In this document: positions 28,179 through 37,771 of the stretch, piece by piece
How the letters are laid out: the number at the start of each line of letters is the position of its first letter
Numbering within the stretch: position 1 is the first letter of the stretch
Assembly (NCBI GenBank): GCA_944386885.1
Contig: CALXCU010000060.1
Coordinates: forward strand, 6,650-70,649
Origin: an uncultured Oscillospiraceae bacterium
Lineage (GTDB): Bacteria > Bacillota > Clostridia > Oscillospirales > Oscillospiraceae
DNA: 64,000 nt
Direction: 5' to 3'
Position numbers and translations under genes: made by a program
The notes under the pieces: generated by a model
Database searches by the model: none
Told to the model about the DNA's origin: nothing
The model's input: the letters and a program-made list of their open reading frames with translations, nothing else

Positions 28179-28748
28179 TCACATCACGTTCTTCCCCAGG
28201 CTGAACTCAGCCTTCTCCTTATTCTCGTCGCTGATGGTGTAGGCGCCCCGCTCCAGGGCCACCATGCCGGTGCGCACCAGCTCCAGAATGCCGAAGGTAT
28301 CCAGCAGCCGCTCCATCGCCTCGGCCTTGCTCTCATCGCCGATCAGGGCAAGGGTCAGGGACTTCAAAGACACGTCAATGATAGAGGCCCGGAAGATATT
28401 GGCGATCTGAATGACCTCGTTGCGGATGTCGTGGGTCTCGGCCTTGACCTTGAACATGACCAGCTCCCGGCGGATAGACCGCTCAGGCAGGAGCTCCTGC
28501 ACCGAGTAGACCGTGAAAAGCTTGCGCAGCTGGTTCATGATCTGGCGGGTGCTCATCTGGTCGGCCAGCACCTCGATGGTGATACGGCTGACTGTGGGGT
28601 CATTGGTGGTGCCCACAGCCAAAGACTCGATGTTATACCCCTTCCGGGAGAAGAGGCGGGAGACCTGGGAGAGTACGCCGGCGGCGTTCTCCACCAGAAC
28701 GGAAAGGGTGTGGCGGGTGACGGCATTCGGATTCTCTTTCATCGGCAT
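28179..28748 (-). CDS. ilvN: Acetolactate synthase small (regulatory) subunit
   Basis: ACT domain HTLSVLVENAAGVLSQVSRLFSRKGYNIESL. Confidence 0.92.
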   Translation of the reverse strand: MPMKENPNAVTRHTLSVLVENAAGVLSQVSRLFSRKGYNIESLAVGTTNDPTVSRITIEVLADQMSTRQIMNQLRKLFTVYSVQELLPERSIRRELVMFKVKAETHDIRNEVIQIANIFRASIIDVSLKSLTLALIGDESKAEAMERLLDTFGILELVRTGMVALERGAYTISDENKEKAEFSLGKNVM

Positions 28749-28763
28749 AAGTACCCCTCCTTC

Positions 28764-30473
28764 TTAGTCCAGCAGGAAATCGGTGGCCTTCGCGCCGCCG
28801 GAGACCATGGGATGGACCATGGCATCCTTGTCAATGGCGCAGTCGATGACCCAGGCCTCGCCGCTGTCCACGGCGGTGCGCAGGACGGCCTCAAATTCCG
28901 CCTGGTCCTTGGCCCGGGCCCCGTGAAGCCCATAGGCCTCCGCCAGCTTGACGAAGTCGGGCCCCCGGTCCAGGTCGGTCTGGGAATAGCGCTCGCCATA
29001 GATCAGGTGCTGCCACTGCCGGACCATGCCCAGCGTATGGTTGTCAAAGATGACGATGATGATGGGGATGCGGTAGTGCTCCACGGTGGAGAGCTCGTGG
29101 CAGTTCATACGGAAGCAGCCGTCGCCGGTGCACAGGACCACCGTCTGATCGGGGTTGCCCAATTTGGCGCCCATGGCGGCCCCCACGCCGAAACCCATGG
29201 TGCCGAATCCGCCGGAGGTAATGAGCTGTCCCGGCCGGGAGAAGTGGTAGTACTGGGCCGACCACATCTGGTGCTGGCCCACGTCGGTGGCGATGATGGC
29301 CTGCCCGTCGGTCACGTCAGAAATGGTCTCCAAAATCTCATGCGGGTGGAGGATATCGTCCTTTTTCAGGGGAACCTCCTTTTGGGAGAAGACGAACTCC
29401 TTCCACTCGGGGTAGTCGTGGGCGGGAAGCTTCTCGTTCAAGAGCTCCAGCACCCGCCGGGCATCCCCGATGATGTGGTGGTCGGTGGCCACATTCTTGT
29501 CGATCTCGGCCCGGTCGATGTCGATCTGGACGATCTTGGCCTGGCTGGCGAAGGTGGCCGGGTCGGTGGCCACCCGGTCGGAGAACCGGCAGCCGATGGC
29601 AATGAGCAGGTCGCACTGGCTGGAGGCGATGTTGGAGGCGTGGGAGCCGTGCATCCCGATCATGCCGGTGAAAAGCGGGTGGTTGCCCGGGCACGCGCCG
29701 CCGCCCATGATGGTGGATGCCACCGGGGCGCCCAGCCGCTCAAAAAACTTGCGGAACTCGGGCACCGCCCCCTTGGAGCGGATGACGCCGCCGCCCACCA
29801 GCACCAGGGGGCGCTTGGCCTCCTCGATCATGTCGAGCAGCTTCTCAATGTCTCCGTAATCGGGCTCGGGAGTCTTCAAATCGTGGCTGGCCCGGCGGAG
29901 CATGGCCCCCAGGCGACCGTGGCGGCCGTGCTCGGAGACGGGCAGGAACTCGTATTCAGCCGAGTCATAGGTCACATTTTTCAGAATGTCGATGAGCACC
30001 GGGCCCGGCCGGCCGGAGCGGGCGATGGCAAAGGCCTCCCGGATCACGTCGGCCAGGTCCTCCGCCCGGCGCACCAGGTAATTGCATTTTGTGATGGGCA
30101 TGGTAATGCCGGTGATGTCCACCTCCTGGAAGGAATCCTTGCCGATCAGATTTTCGGCCACGTTGACCGTGATGAAAACCACCGGAGAGGAGTCCATATA
30201 GGCCGTGGCGATGCCGGTGGTCAGGTTGGTGGCCCCCGGGCCAGAGGTGGCAAAGCATACGCCCACCTTCCCGGTGGAGCGGGCATAGCCGTCGGCGGCG
30301 TGGGAGGCGCCCTGCTCATGGGCCGTCAGGATATGGCGGATCTTGTTCTTATATCCGTGGAGCTCCAGCTCGTCATAGATATTCAAAATGGTGCCGCCGG
30401 GGTAGCCAAACACGGTATCCACCCCCTGCTCCAGCAGGCACTCCATCAAGATCTGAGGGGTCTTCATTAACAT
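28764..30473 (-). CDS. ilvB: Acetolactate synthase large subunit
   Basis: ThDP enzyme motifs (GYPGG, TGDGCF). GAAGGAGGA lies 8 nt before the ATG at 30473. The track extension to 30542 overlaps the T-box terminator. Confidence 0.92.
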   Translation of the reverse strand: MLMKTPQILMECLLEQGVDTVFGYPGGTILNIYDELELHGYKNKIRHILTAHEQGASHAADGYARSTGKVGVCFATSGPGATNLTTGIATAYMDSSPVVFITVNVAENLIGKDSFQEVDITGITMPITKCNYLVRRAEDLADVIREAFAIARSGRPGPVLIDILKNVTYDSAEYEFLPVSEHGRHGRLGAMLRRASHDLKTPEPDYGDIEKLLDMIEEAKRPLVLVGGGVIRSKGAVPEFRKFFERLGAPVASTIMGGGACPGNHPLFTGMIGMHGSHASNIASSQCDLLIAIGCRFSDRVATDPATFASQAKIVQIDIDRAEIDKNVATDHHIIGDARRVLELLNEKLPAHDYPEWKEFVFSQKEVPLKKDDILHPHEILETISDVTDGQAIIATDVGQHQMWSAQYYHFSRPGQLITSGGFGTMGFGVGAAMGAKLGNPDQTVVLCTGDGCFRMNCHELSTVEHYRIPIIIVIFDNHTLGMVRQWQHLIYGERYSQTDLDRGPDFVKLAEAYGLHGARAKDQAEFEAVLRTAVDSGEAWVIDCAIDKDAMVHPMVSGGAKATDFLLD

Positions 30474-30540
30474 AGGCGTTGTCCTCCTTCTTTGTCGCTC
30501 CATCCAGAGAGGCGGGCCAAGGCCCGCCCCGCCGGCATAC

Positions 30541-30857
30541 AAAAAAGCCCCGTCCTAATTTCTAGGACGAAGCTTCTCCTCCGTGGTACCACCTAATTTC
30601 ACGGCGGCATGATCCACCGTGCACTCGTCGCCCCGGTAACGGGGGGCCCGCCGGTCCGGTCTACTGACGGGGCAGGGACCCCGCGTTCCTCCGAACGGCT
30701 CCTGGGAGATGTTCCCTCCTCGGCCCTCACGGGGACTTACACCAACCGTCCCCTCTCTGCGCATCTTAAGCCGCGGGTACTTTTCCAGTCATTGCCACAT
30801 TTTCCATCTTTATCTCCCCAGCCCGAGCTGCTGTTCCAGCCAGAAAGGAGTGAAATT
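30541..30857 (-). promoter_or_regulatory. T-box riboswitch leader of ilvBNC
   Basis: On the - strand: the T-box sequence AAATTAGGTGGTACCACGG (plus-strand 30581-30599); the terminator CGTCCTA-GAAAT-TAGGACG + GGGGCTTTTTT (30541-30569); an AG bulge GCAGAGAG; a distal loop GGTTGGTGTAA closing GGGGAC/GTCCCC; AGTA in the specifier-loop 5' side; and a K-turn-like GGC-AATGA-CTGG / CCAG-GA-GCC. Confidence 0.85.
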
Positions 30858-30864
30858 ACTGATA

Positions 30865-30893
30865 ATCATACTCGTAAGTTCGCTATTTGTCAA
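30865..30893 (-). promoter_or_regulatory. Promoter TTGACA-N17-TATGAT for the ilv T-box leader
   Basis: -35 at plus-strand 30888-30893 (TGTCAA) and -10 at plus-strand 30865-30870 (ATCATA). Confidence 0.7.
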
Positions 30894-31184
30894 TGGTCTT
30901 TTTTGACAAATACCCCTCCTTCTCCCCCCGGAATAGGTCTAGAATGTGGCCAAGCTGTTTTGTGAAATTTCAAACAATCCGCCTCACTTAATCACTATAC
31001 TCGTCAGTTTAGCTAGGAAAACAGAATTTTTTTGCCAGAATGGCTGGACATTTTTTACGAGCTGCGTTATGATAATAGCTGTCAAAACTAAGCGCCTTTC
31101 GGGCGCGGAGAAAAGAGGGCGGTGGGCGGAGCGTTCCGTACCGCCGTCTGGCCCCGTCAGGGGCCTGATTTGTGAGGTGGACCT

Positions 31185-32531
31185 ATGAAACTATCCTTCT
31201 ATGGCGGCGTGCACCCGGACGAGCGGAAGGATGCAACCTGCGGGAAAGCCGTGGAGCCTCTCCACGAGGCGCCCGCTCAGGTCGCTCTTGCCATGTCCAT
31301 GCACGTCGGTGCGCCCTGCGCGCCAGTTGTCCAGGTCGGCGACACGGTCACGATTGGGCAGAAAATTGCCCAGCCCACCGGCCTGGGCGCCCCCATCCAC
31401 GCCAGCGTCTCCGGCAAGATCGTGGCCATTGAGCCGCGGCCCTACTGCGGCGGCGGCATGATGAACGCGGTGGTCATCGAGAACGACTTCCAAAACACCT
31501 TTGGCTCGGAGCTCACCCCCCATCCCGACTACCAGAAGCTCTCCACCCAGGAGATCGTGGACATCGTCCGCGAGGCCGGCATCACCGGCATGGGCGGCGC
31601 CGGCTTCCCCACCCATGTGAAAATCAGCTCGGGCCTGGGCAAAGTGGACACCCTTATCATCAACGCCGCCGAATGCGAGCCCTACATCACCGCCGACCAC
31701 CGGCTCATGCTGGAGCAAGGTGAGCGGATTATCGAGGGCACCCGTATCCTGATGCAGACCTTCGGCCTGGAGAAAGGCTACATTGCCATTGAGGACAATA
31801 AGCCCGACGCCATTGAGAAGATGAAGAGCCTGGCCGGAAATGGGATCGAGGTTGTGGCCTGCCGCACCCGCTACCCCCAGGGCGCTGAGAAGCAGCTCAT
31901 CCAGCGCATCACCGGCCGGGAGGTGCCCCCCGGCGGCCTGCCCGCCCATGTGGCCTGTGCCGTCTTCAACGCCGGAACCACCGCTGCGATCTACGACGCC
32001 GTGGTCACGGGCAAGCCCCTCACCGAGCGCATCGTCACCCTCACCGGCGGCGCCCTCCGGGAGCCCCGCAATGTGGTCGTGCCCTTCGGCACCCCCATGG
32101 AGCACCTGGTCAAAGAGGCCGGCGGCTTCCAGGAGGAGCCCGACCGGGTCCTGGTAGGCGGCCCCATGATGGGTATCGCCCTGTATGACCTCTCCGCCTG
32201 CACCATCAAGGGCAACAACGCCCTGCTCTGCATGACCAAGGCCGAGGCCGCCCAGCATGTGGACAACCCCACCTGCATCCGCTGCGGCAAGTGCGTCAAC
32301 GCCTGCCCCATGCACCTGACTCCTGTGTACATGCACCTGTATGCCGAGCACCGCCGCTGGGATGAGGCCGAACAGCTCAACGTCATGGACTGCATTGAAT
32401 GCGGCTCCTGCAACTATATTTGTCCGGCCCGCGTGCCGCTGGTCCAGTCCTTCCGCATGGCCAAGTTTGAAATCCGCACCCTGGCCATGAAGCGCAAGGC
32501 TGAGGCCGAGAAGGAGGCCAAGAAAGCATGA
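31185..32531 (+). CDS. rnfC: Rnf electron-transport complex subunit C
   Basis: GMGGAGFPTHVK and two CxxCxxCxxxCP clusters. First gene of rnfCDGEAB. Confidence 0.93.
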   Translation: MKLSFYGGVHPDERKDATCGKAVEPLHEAPAQVALAMSMHVGAPCAPVVQVGDTVTIGQKIAQPTGLGAPIHASVSGKIVAIEPRPYCGGGMMNAVVIENDFQNTFGSELTPHPDYQKLSTQEIVDIVREAGITGMGGAGFPTHVKISSGLGKVDTLIINAAECEPYITADHRLMLEQGERIIEGTRILMQTFGLEKGYIAIEDNKPDAIEKMKSLAGNGIEVVACRTRYPQGAEKQLIQRITGREVPPGGLPAHVACAVFNAGTTAAIYDAVVTGKPLTERIVTLTGGALREPRNVVVPFGTPMEHLVKEAGGFQEEPDRVLVGGPMMGIALYDLSACTIKGNNALLCMTKAEAAQHVDNPTCIRCGKCVNACPMHLTPVYMHLYAEHRRWDEAEQLNVMDCIECGSCNYICPARVPLVQSFRMAKFEIRTLAMKRKAEAEKEAKKA

Positions 32532-33589
32532 TGGATACCAAGAATCTGAAGCTCACCGTGGCTTCCTCTCCCCACATCTCCTCCCCGGTCGACACCCGCC
32601 GGCTGATGATGGACGTACTCATCGCCCTGCTGCCCGCCCTGTGCATGGCGGTATATGTGTTTGGCCCCCGGGCCCTGACGATGACCGCCGTCTCGATTCT
32701 GGGCTGTGAGTTCTTCGAGTGGGGCTACCGCAAGCTCCTGAAAAAGCCCGCCTCCAATGGAGACCTGTCCGCCGCCGTCACCGGCGTGCTGCTGGCCTTT
32801 GTCTGCCCCGTGACGCTGCCCTACTGGACCCTGCTCATCGGCGACTTCTTCGCTATCGTGGTGGTCAAGCAGCTCTTTGGCGGCCTGGGTCAGAACTTCC
32901 TCAACCCCGCCCTGGCCGGCCGCGCCTTCCTCATGATGTGCTACCCGGTGGCCATGACCACCTGGGTGCTCCCCGGCATGGACAATTGGGCCGGCCTGGT
33001 CTCCGCCTCCGACGCGGTTACCGGCGCCACCCCCATGGCCTCCCTGCACAGCCACCTGGACGTGGCCAGCGGCCTGAACGTACATACGCTCCCCGCGGAC
33101 AGCCTCATGGACCTTTTTGTGGGCACCATCGGCGGCTGTCTGGGCGAGACTTCCGCCCTGCTGCTGCTGGTGGGCGGCGTATACCTGATCTGGCGCGGGG
33201 TCATCCGCTTCCGCATCCCCGTGGCCTATCTGGGCACCGTGGCGGTGCTCTGCCTCCTCTTCCCCCAGGGCGGCATTGACCGGGTGGACTGGATGCTCTA
33301 CAACCTGTGCGGCGGCGGCCTGATGCTGGGCGCTTTCTTCATGGCCACCGACTATGTGACCAGCCCTGTCACCAAAATGGGCGAGATCTACTACGGCATC
33401 GGCTGCGGCCTGCTGACCGTCTTCATCCGCTACTTCGGCGGTTATCCCGAGGGCGTCAGCTATGCCATCCTCATCATGAACATCTGCGTGTGGCTGCTGG
33501 ATAAAGCCGGCAAGCCCGCCCGTTTCGGCGTGACCAAGGAAATGAAAGCCAAGGCCAAAGCCGAAAAGAAAGCGGCAAAGGAGGGGTAA
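32528..33589 (+). CDS. rnfD: Rnf complex subunit D
   Basis: Polytopic, with the flavin-attachment region SDAVTGATP. 4-nt overlap with rnfC. Confidence 0.92.
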   Translation: MMDTKNLKLTVASSPHISSPVDTRRLMMDVLIALLPALCMAVYVFGPRALTMTAVSILGCEFFEWGYRKLLKKPASNGDLSAAVTGVLLAFVCPVTLPYWTLLIGDFFAIVVVKQLFGGLGQNFLNPALAGRAFLMMCYPVAMTTWVLPGMDNWAGLVSASDAVTGATPMASLHSHLDVASGLNVHTLPADSLMDLFVGTIGGCLGETSALLLLVGGVYLIWRGVIRFRIPVAYLGTVAVLCLLFPQGGIDRVDWMLYNLCGGGLMLGAFFMATDYVTSPVTKMGEIYYGIGCGLLTVFIRYFGGYPEGVSYAILIMNICVWLLDKAGKPARFGVTKEMKAKAKAEKKAAKEG

Positions 33590-33594
33590 TCGCT

Positions 33595-34140
33595 ATGCCT
33601 GAAACCAAAAAGGAGTCCAGCGCTCAGCTGGTCATCGTGCTTTTTTCCATCTGTCTTATTACCTCGCTGCTGCTGGGCCTGACCAATATGCTCACCGCCG
33701 ACGCCATCGCGGCCAACAACCAGCGGGTGTCCGACGAGGCTATGGCCGAGGTCCTGCCCTCTGAAAGCGGCTATACCGACATCACAAGCCAGTACACCGG
33801 CGGCGATTCCACCGTCCAGCACGTGTATCAGGCCGGTGAGGACGGCTATGTGGTGGAGGTAGCTACCTCCGGCTTCGGCGGCTTGGTGAACATGATGGTG
33901 GGCGTAGGCCCAGACGGCGCCTGCACCGGCGTGTCCATCACCTCCCACTCTGAGACCTCCGGCCTGGGCGCCAACGCTACCAAAGCTGAGTGGCGGGAGC
34001 AGTTCAAGGGTGCCACCGGCACCGTGTCGGTCACCAAGGACGGCGGCACCATCGAGGCGCTCACCGGTTCCACCATTACCTCCCGGGCGGTCTGCACCGG
34101 CGTCACCACGGCGCTGGAAGTCGTCGCGTCCCTGGGCTAA
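33595..34140 (+). CDS. rnfG: Rnf complex subunit G
   Basis: N-terminal TM segment and FMN-binding domain (SGFGGLVNMMVG, HSETSGLG, GSTITS). Confidence 0.9.
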   Translation: MPETKKESSAQLVIVLFSICLITSLLLGLTNMLTADAIAANNQRVSDEAMAEVLPSESGYTDITSQYTGGDSTVQHVYQAGEDGYVVEVATSGFGGLVNMMVGVGPDGACTGVSITSHSETSGLGANATKAEWREQFKGATGTVSVTKDGGTIEALTGSTITSRAVCTGVTTALEVVASLG

Positions 34141-34153
34141 GGAGGGTGCAGAT

Positions 34154-34801
34154 ATGAATATCAAACAGCAATTTAAAGAGGGCCTCATCACCCAGAACCC
34201 GGTTACTGTGCAGTTGCTTGGCATGTGCTCCACCATGGCTATTACCACCACCCTCTTCAACCGCATCGGTATGGGCCTGTCGGTTCTGGTGATCCTGACC
34301 CTGTCCAACATCATCATCTCTCTGCTGCGGAAGATCATCCCCGATAAGGTGCGCATCGCCTGCTTTATCGTGGTCATCGCCGGCTTCGTGACCATCGTGG
34401 ACCTGGCGCTGAAGGCCTACCTGCCCGACCTCTCTTCCAGCCTGGGCCTGTTCATCCCCCTGATCGTGGTCAACTGCATCATCCTCGCCCGCGCCGAGGG
34501 TTTCTGCTACAAGAACGGCGTGGCCGCCTCCGCCATTGACGGCATCGCCCAGGGTCTGGGCTATACCGTGATCCTGGTCATCATGTGCGTGGTGCGCGAG
34601 TTTTTGGGCAACGGCACCTTCGGCGGCGGCATCCTCAACGGGGGCGACGGCATCCGCATCCTCCCGGAGAGCATCCCCGCTCTTGACATGATCCTGCCGG
34701 TGGGCGGCTTCCTCACCCTGGCCTGCGTCATTGCCGCCATGCAGTATTTCCTCAATCGGCCCAAGAAGGGCGCTGAGAAGCACGAGGAGGTGTCCAAGTA
34801 A
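34154..34801 (+). CDS. rnfE: Rnf complex subunit E
   Basis: QNPVTVQLLGMCSTMA. GGAGGG lies 7 nt before the ATG at 34154; the track start is too early. Confidence 0.9.
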   Translation: MNIKQQFKEGLITQNPVTVQLLGMCSTMAITTTLFNRIGMGLSVLVILTLSNIIISLLRKIIPDKVRIACFIVVIAGFVTIVDLALKAYLPDLSSSLGLFIPLIVVNCIILARAEGFCYKNGVAASAIDGIAQGLGYTVILVIMCVVREFLGNGTFGGGILNGGDGIRILPESIPALDMILPVGGFLTLACVIAAMQYFLNRPKKGAEKHEEVSK

Positions 34802-35385
34802 TGGCTTTCGCCAATTTGTTCGAGATCGCCTTGGGCGCGATTCTGGTCAACAACTTTATTTTCTCCCAGTTCCTGGGTATCTGCCCCTTCATGGGCGTGT
34901 CCAAGAAGATCGACACTGCCATGGGCATGGGCATGGCCGTTATTTTCGTCATGGGCGTGGCCAGCGCCGTGTGCTGGCCCATCAACCAGCTGCTGCTGAA
35001 CCTGAACCTGGACTTCATGCAGACGGTGGTCTTCATCCTGGTCATCGCCTCTCTGGTACAGTTCGTGGAGATGTTCCTGCAGAAAGCCATGCCCGCGCTG
35101 TACCAGGCCCTGGGCGTGTACCTGCCTCTCATCACCACCAACTGCGCCGTACTGGGCGTGGTGCTCCAGAACACCCAGAACAACTACGATTTCATCCAGA
35201 GCGTGGTCTACGGCGTCACCGGCGGCGTGGGCTTCCTGCTGGCCATTGTGCTCTTTGCCAGCGTGCGGGAGCGCCTGGAGTTCTCCGAGTGCCCCAAGGC
35301 GTTTGAGGGCTTCCCCATCGCTCTGGTGACCGCTGGTCTGATGGCACTGGCCTTCCTGGGCTTCTCCGGCCTGAAGGTATTTTAA
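34801..35385 (+). CDS. rnfA: Rnf complex subunit A
   Basis: NNFIFSQFLGICPFMGVS. Its ATG overlaps the rnfE stop (TAATG). Confidence 0.92.
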   Translation: MAFANLFEIALGAILVNNFIFSQFLGICPFMGVSKKIDTAMGMGMAVIFVMGVASAVCWPINQLLLNLNLDFMQTVVFILVIASLVQFVEMFLQKAMPALYQALGVYLPLITTNCAVLGVVLQNTQNNYDFIQSVVYGVTGGVGFLLAIVLFASVRERLEFSECPKAFEGFPIALVTAGLMALAFLGFSGLKVF

Positions 35386-35400
35386 GGGAGGCGCGAAATT

Positions 35401-36243
35401 ATGACGACTGTGATTGCTGCTGTTGCCGTGCTCGGTATCATGGGCGCGGTGTTCGGCGGGATCCTGGCGGTTGCCGCCAAGGTCTTCGCCGTGGAGAAGG
35501 ATCCCCGGGAAGAGGCCATCGCCGGCGTACTGCCCGGCGCCAACTGCGGCGGGTGCGGCTACCCCGGCTGCGCGGGCTATGCTGCCGCTGTGGCCGCCGG
35601 TAAGGCCGCCACCAACTGCTGCGCCGCCGGCGGCGACGCCGTGGCCGCCCAGATCGCCGAGATCATGGGCGTGAAGGCCGAGGCCACCGTGAAAGAGGTC
35701 GCCCAGGTACAGTGCACCGGCGGCTGCCGCGGCCGGGAGAAGTACAATTATGTGGGCATCTCCGACTGTTCCGCCGCCGCCCGCCTGCCCGGCGGGGGCC
35801 CCGCCGGCTGCGCCTACGGCTGCCTGGGCCTGGGCACCTGTGAGAAGGTATGCCCCTTTGACGCCATCCATGTGGTGGACGGCGTGGCCAAGGTGGACGA
35901 GGACAAGTGCAAGGCCTGTAAGAAGTGCGTGGACGCCTGTCCGCGGCACATCATTCTGCTGGCCCCGCACAAGACCAAGCGCCATGTGGCCATTACCTGC
36001 TCTTCGAAGGACAAGGGTGTCACCGTCCGCCAGGTGTGCGACAACGGCTGTATCGGCTGCGGCCTGTGCGCCAAGGCCTGCCCCAAGCAGGCCATCACGG
36101 TGGACAAGAATCTGGCCGTGATCGATTATGACAAGTGCGTGGGCTGCGGCCTGTGCGCCCAGAAGTGCCCCCGCAAGCTGATCACCGTGGACGGCAAGGT
36201 CCCCGAGATCAAGCCTGTTGCCCCTGCGGCCAAGGCACAGTAA
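35401..36243 (+). CDS. rnfB: Rnf complex subunit B (poly-ferredoxin)
   Basis: N-terminal TM segment, CGGCGYPGC, and several CxxCxxCxxxCP motifs. Confidence 0.92.
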   Translation: MTTVIAAVAVLGIMGAVFGGILAVAAKVFAVEKDPREEAIAGVLPGANCGGCGYPGCAGYAAAVAAGKAATNCCAAGGDAVAAQIAEIMGVKAEATVKEVAQVQCTGGCRGREKYNYVGISDCSAAARLPGGGPAGCAYGCLGLGTCEKVCPFDAIHVVDGVAKVDEDKCKACKKCVDACPRHIILLAPHKTKRHVAITCSSKDKGVTVRQVCDNGCIGCGLCAKACPKQAITVDKNLAVIDYDKCVGCGLCAQKCPRKLITVDGKVPEIKPVAPAAKAQ

Positions 36244-36265
36244 GAGGCTGCTATCTTTTCGAGGC

Positions 36266-36301
36266 GTGCGCCGCGGAACCAGTTCCGCGGCGCACTTTTT
36301 T
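36266..36301 (+). terminator. Rho-independent terminator of the rnf operon
   Basis: gtgcgccgcggaac-ca-gttccgcggcgcac followed by tttttt. Confidence 0.9.
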
Positions 36302-36412
36302 CCCTTTTCTTCCGAAACCTCTTTCCCCAAGGCCGTTCTTGCGGTATACTATTTCTCGAACGACAGCAAGTAGTGGGGCGGCTCAGCCGCCCCGGAAATA
36401 GGAGGATGTCCC

Positions 36413-37585
36413 ATGGACTATGCAAGCGAATCGCTGAAGAAGCACTACGAGTGGAAAGGAAAGCTGGAGGTGACCCCCCGGGCCGCCGTGGACAGCAAGG
36501 AGGCTCTCTCCCTGGCCTATACCCCCGGTGTGGCCCAGCCCTGTCTGGAGATCCAAAAGGACGTAAGCAAGAGCTATGAACTCACCCGCCGCTGGAATAC
36601 CGTGGCGGTGGTCACCGACGGCACCGCCGTGCTTGGCCTGGGGGACATCGGCCCCGAGGCCGGCATGCCCGTCATGGAGGGCAAGTGCGTTCTCTTCAAG
36701 GCCTTCGGGGACGTGGATGCCATCCCCCTGTGTGTGCGCTCCAAGGACGTGGACGAGATCGTCCGCACGGTGGCCCTCCTGGCCGGCTCCTTCGGCGGGG
36801 TAAATCTGGAGGACATCTCCGCCCCCCGCTGCTTCGAAATTGAGCGCAAACTCAAGGAGCAGTGCGACATCCCGATCTTTCACGACGACCAGCACGGCAC
36901 CGCCGTCATCACTCTGGCCGGGCTTCTCAACGCCCTGAAGGTGGTGGGCAAGAAAATTGAGGATGTGAAGATCGTCACCTCAGGCGCGGGGGCCGCAGGC
37001 ATTGCGATCATCAAGCTCCTGATGAGCATGGGCCTGAAGAACGTCATCATGACCGACCGCACCGGCGCCATCTACGAGGGCCGGGAGGGCCTCAACCCGG
37101 TAAAGGAGGAGATGGCCCGGATCACCAACTTCCAACATGAAAAGGGTACCCTTGCCCAGGTCATTCAGGGCGCCGATGTATTCATCGGCGTCTCCGCCCC
37201 TGGAACCCTCACTAAAGAGATGGTCCAGACCATGGCCAAGGACCCCATCATCTTCGCCTGTGCCAACCCCGTGCCCGAGATCTTCCCCGACGAGGCCAAG
37301 GCTGGCGGCGCGGCGGTGGTCTCCACCGGCCGCAGCGACTTCCCCAATCAGGTCAACAATGTCCTGGCCTTCCCCGGCATCTTCCGTGGGGCTCTGGACG
37401 TGCGGGCCAGCGACATCAACGACGCCATGAAGGTGGCCGCCGCTAGGGCTCTGGCCGCCCTGGTCAGCGATGAGGAACTCTGCGCCGACTATATCCTCCC
37501 CGCCGCCTTCGACCCCCGGGTCAAGGACGCCGTGGCCGCCGCTGTGGTCCAGGCCGCCCGAGACTCTGGTGTGGCCCGTATTTAA
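36413..37585 (+). CDS. maeB: NAD(P)-dependent malic enzyme (short form)
   Basis: LSLAYTPGVA, FHDDQHGTA, SGAGAAG. Confidence 0.9.
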   Translation: MDYASESLKKHYEWKGKLEVTPRAAVDSKEALSLAYTPGVAQPCLEIQKDVSKSYELTRRWNTVAVVTDGTAVLGLGDIGPEAGMPVMEGKCVLFKAFGDVDAIPLCVRSKDVDEIVRTVALLAGSFGGVNLEDISAPRCFEIERKLKEQCDIPIFHDDQHGTAVITLAGLLNALKVVGKKIEDVKIVTSGAGAAGIAIIKLLMSMGLKNVIMTDRTGAIYEGREGLNPVKEEMARITNFQHEKGTLAQVIQGADVFIGVSAPGTLTKEMVQTMAKDPIIFACANPVPEIFPDEAKAGGAAVVSTGRSDFPNQVNNVLAFPGIFRGALDVRASDINDAMKVAAARALAALVSDEELCADYILPAAFDPRVKDAVAAAVVQAARDSGVARI

Positions 37586-37599
37586 TTCCCGCCCCAACT

Positions 37600-37638
37600 A
37601 GAGTCCGGTATGGCTCTTTTCCATGCCGGACTCTTTTG
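37600..37638 (+). terminator. Rho-independent terminator
   Basis: agagtccggtatgg-(7 nt)-ccatgccggactct followed by tttgg (one G.U pair). Confidence 0.75.
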
Positions 37639-37771
37639 GATTCTCTAGGACGGCGCCTAGCCTCTGAGAACAATCTAAGGGAACCCTTGCATTTTTTGGA
37701 TGAACCCGCTATAATGAAGCCCAATCAGGCCCACCGGATTTTGTCCGATACGGGCGAAAGGAGGACAGGCC

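Noticed and set aside
28764-30542. N-terminal extensions of several track ORFs: ilvB to 30542, aroF to 8691, rnfE to 34010, the M20D gene to 41984, serC to 51978, the SLH-peptidase to 53821, the membrane protein to 53730, and the lipoprotein to 45246.
   Set aside because: The extensions overlap terminators, leaders or upstream genes and lack SD sequences. Internal starts have AGGAGG-type sites at 5-10 nt and give family-typical N-termini or signal peptides.
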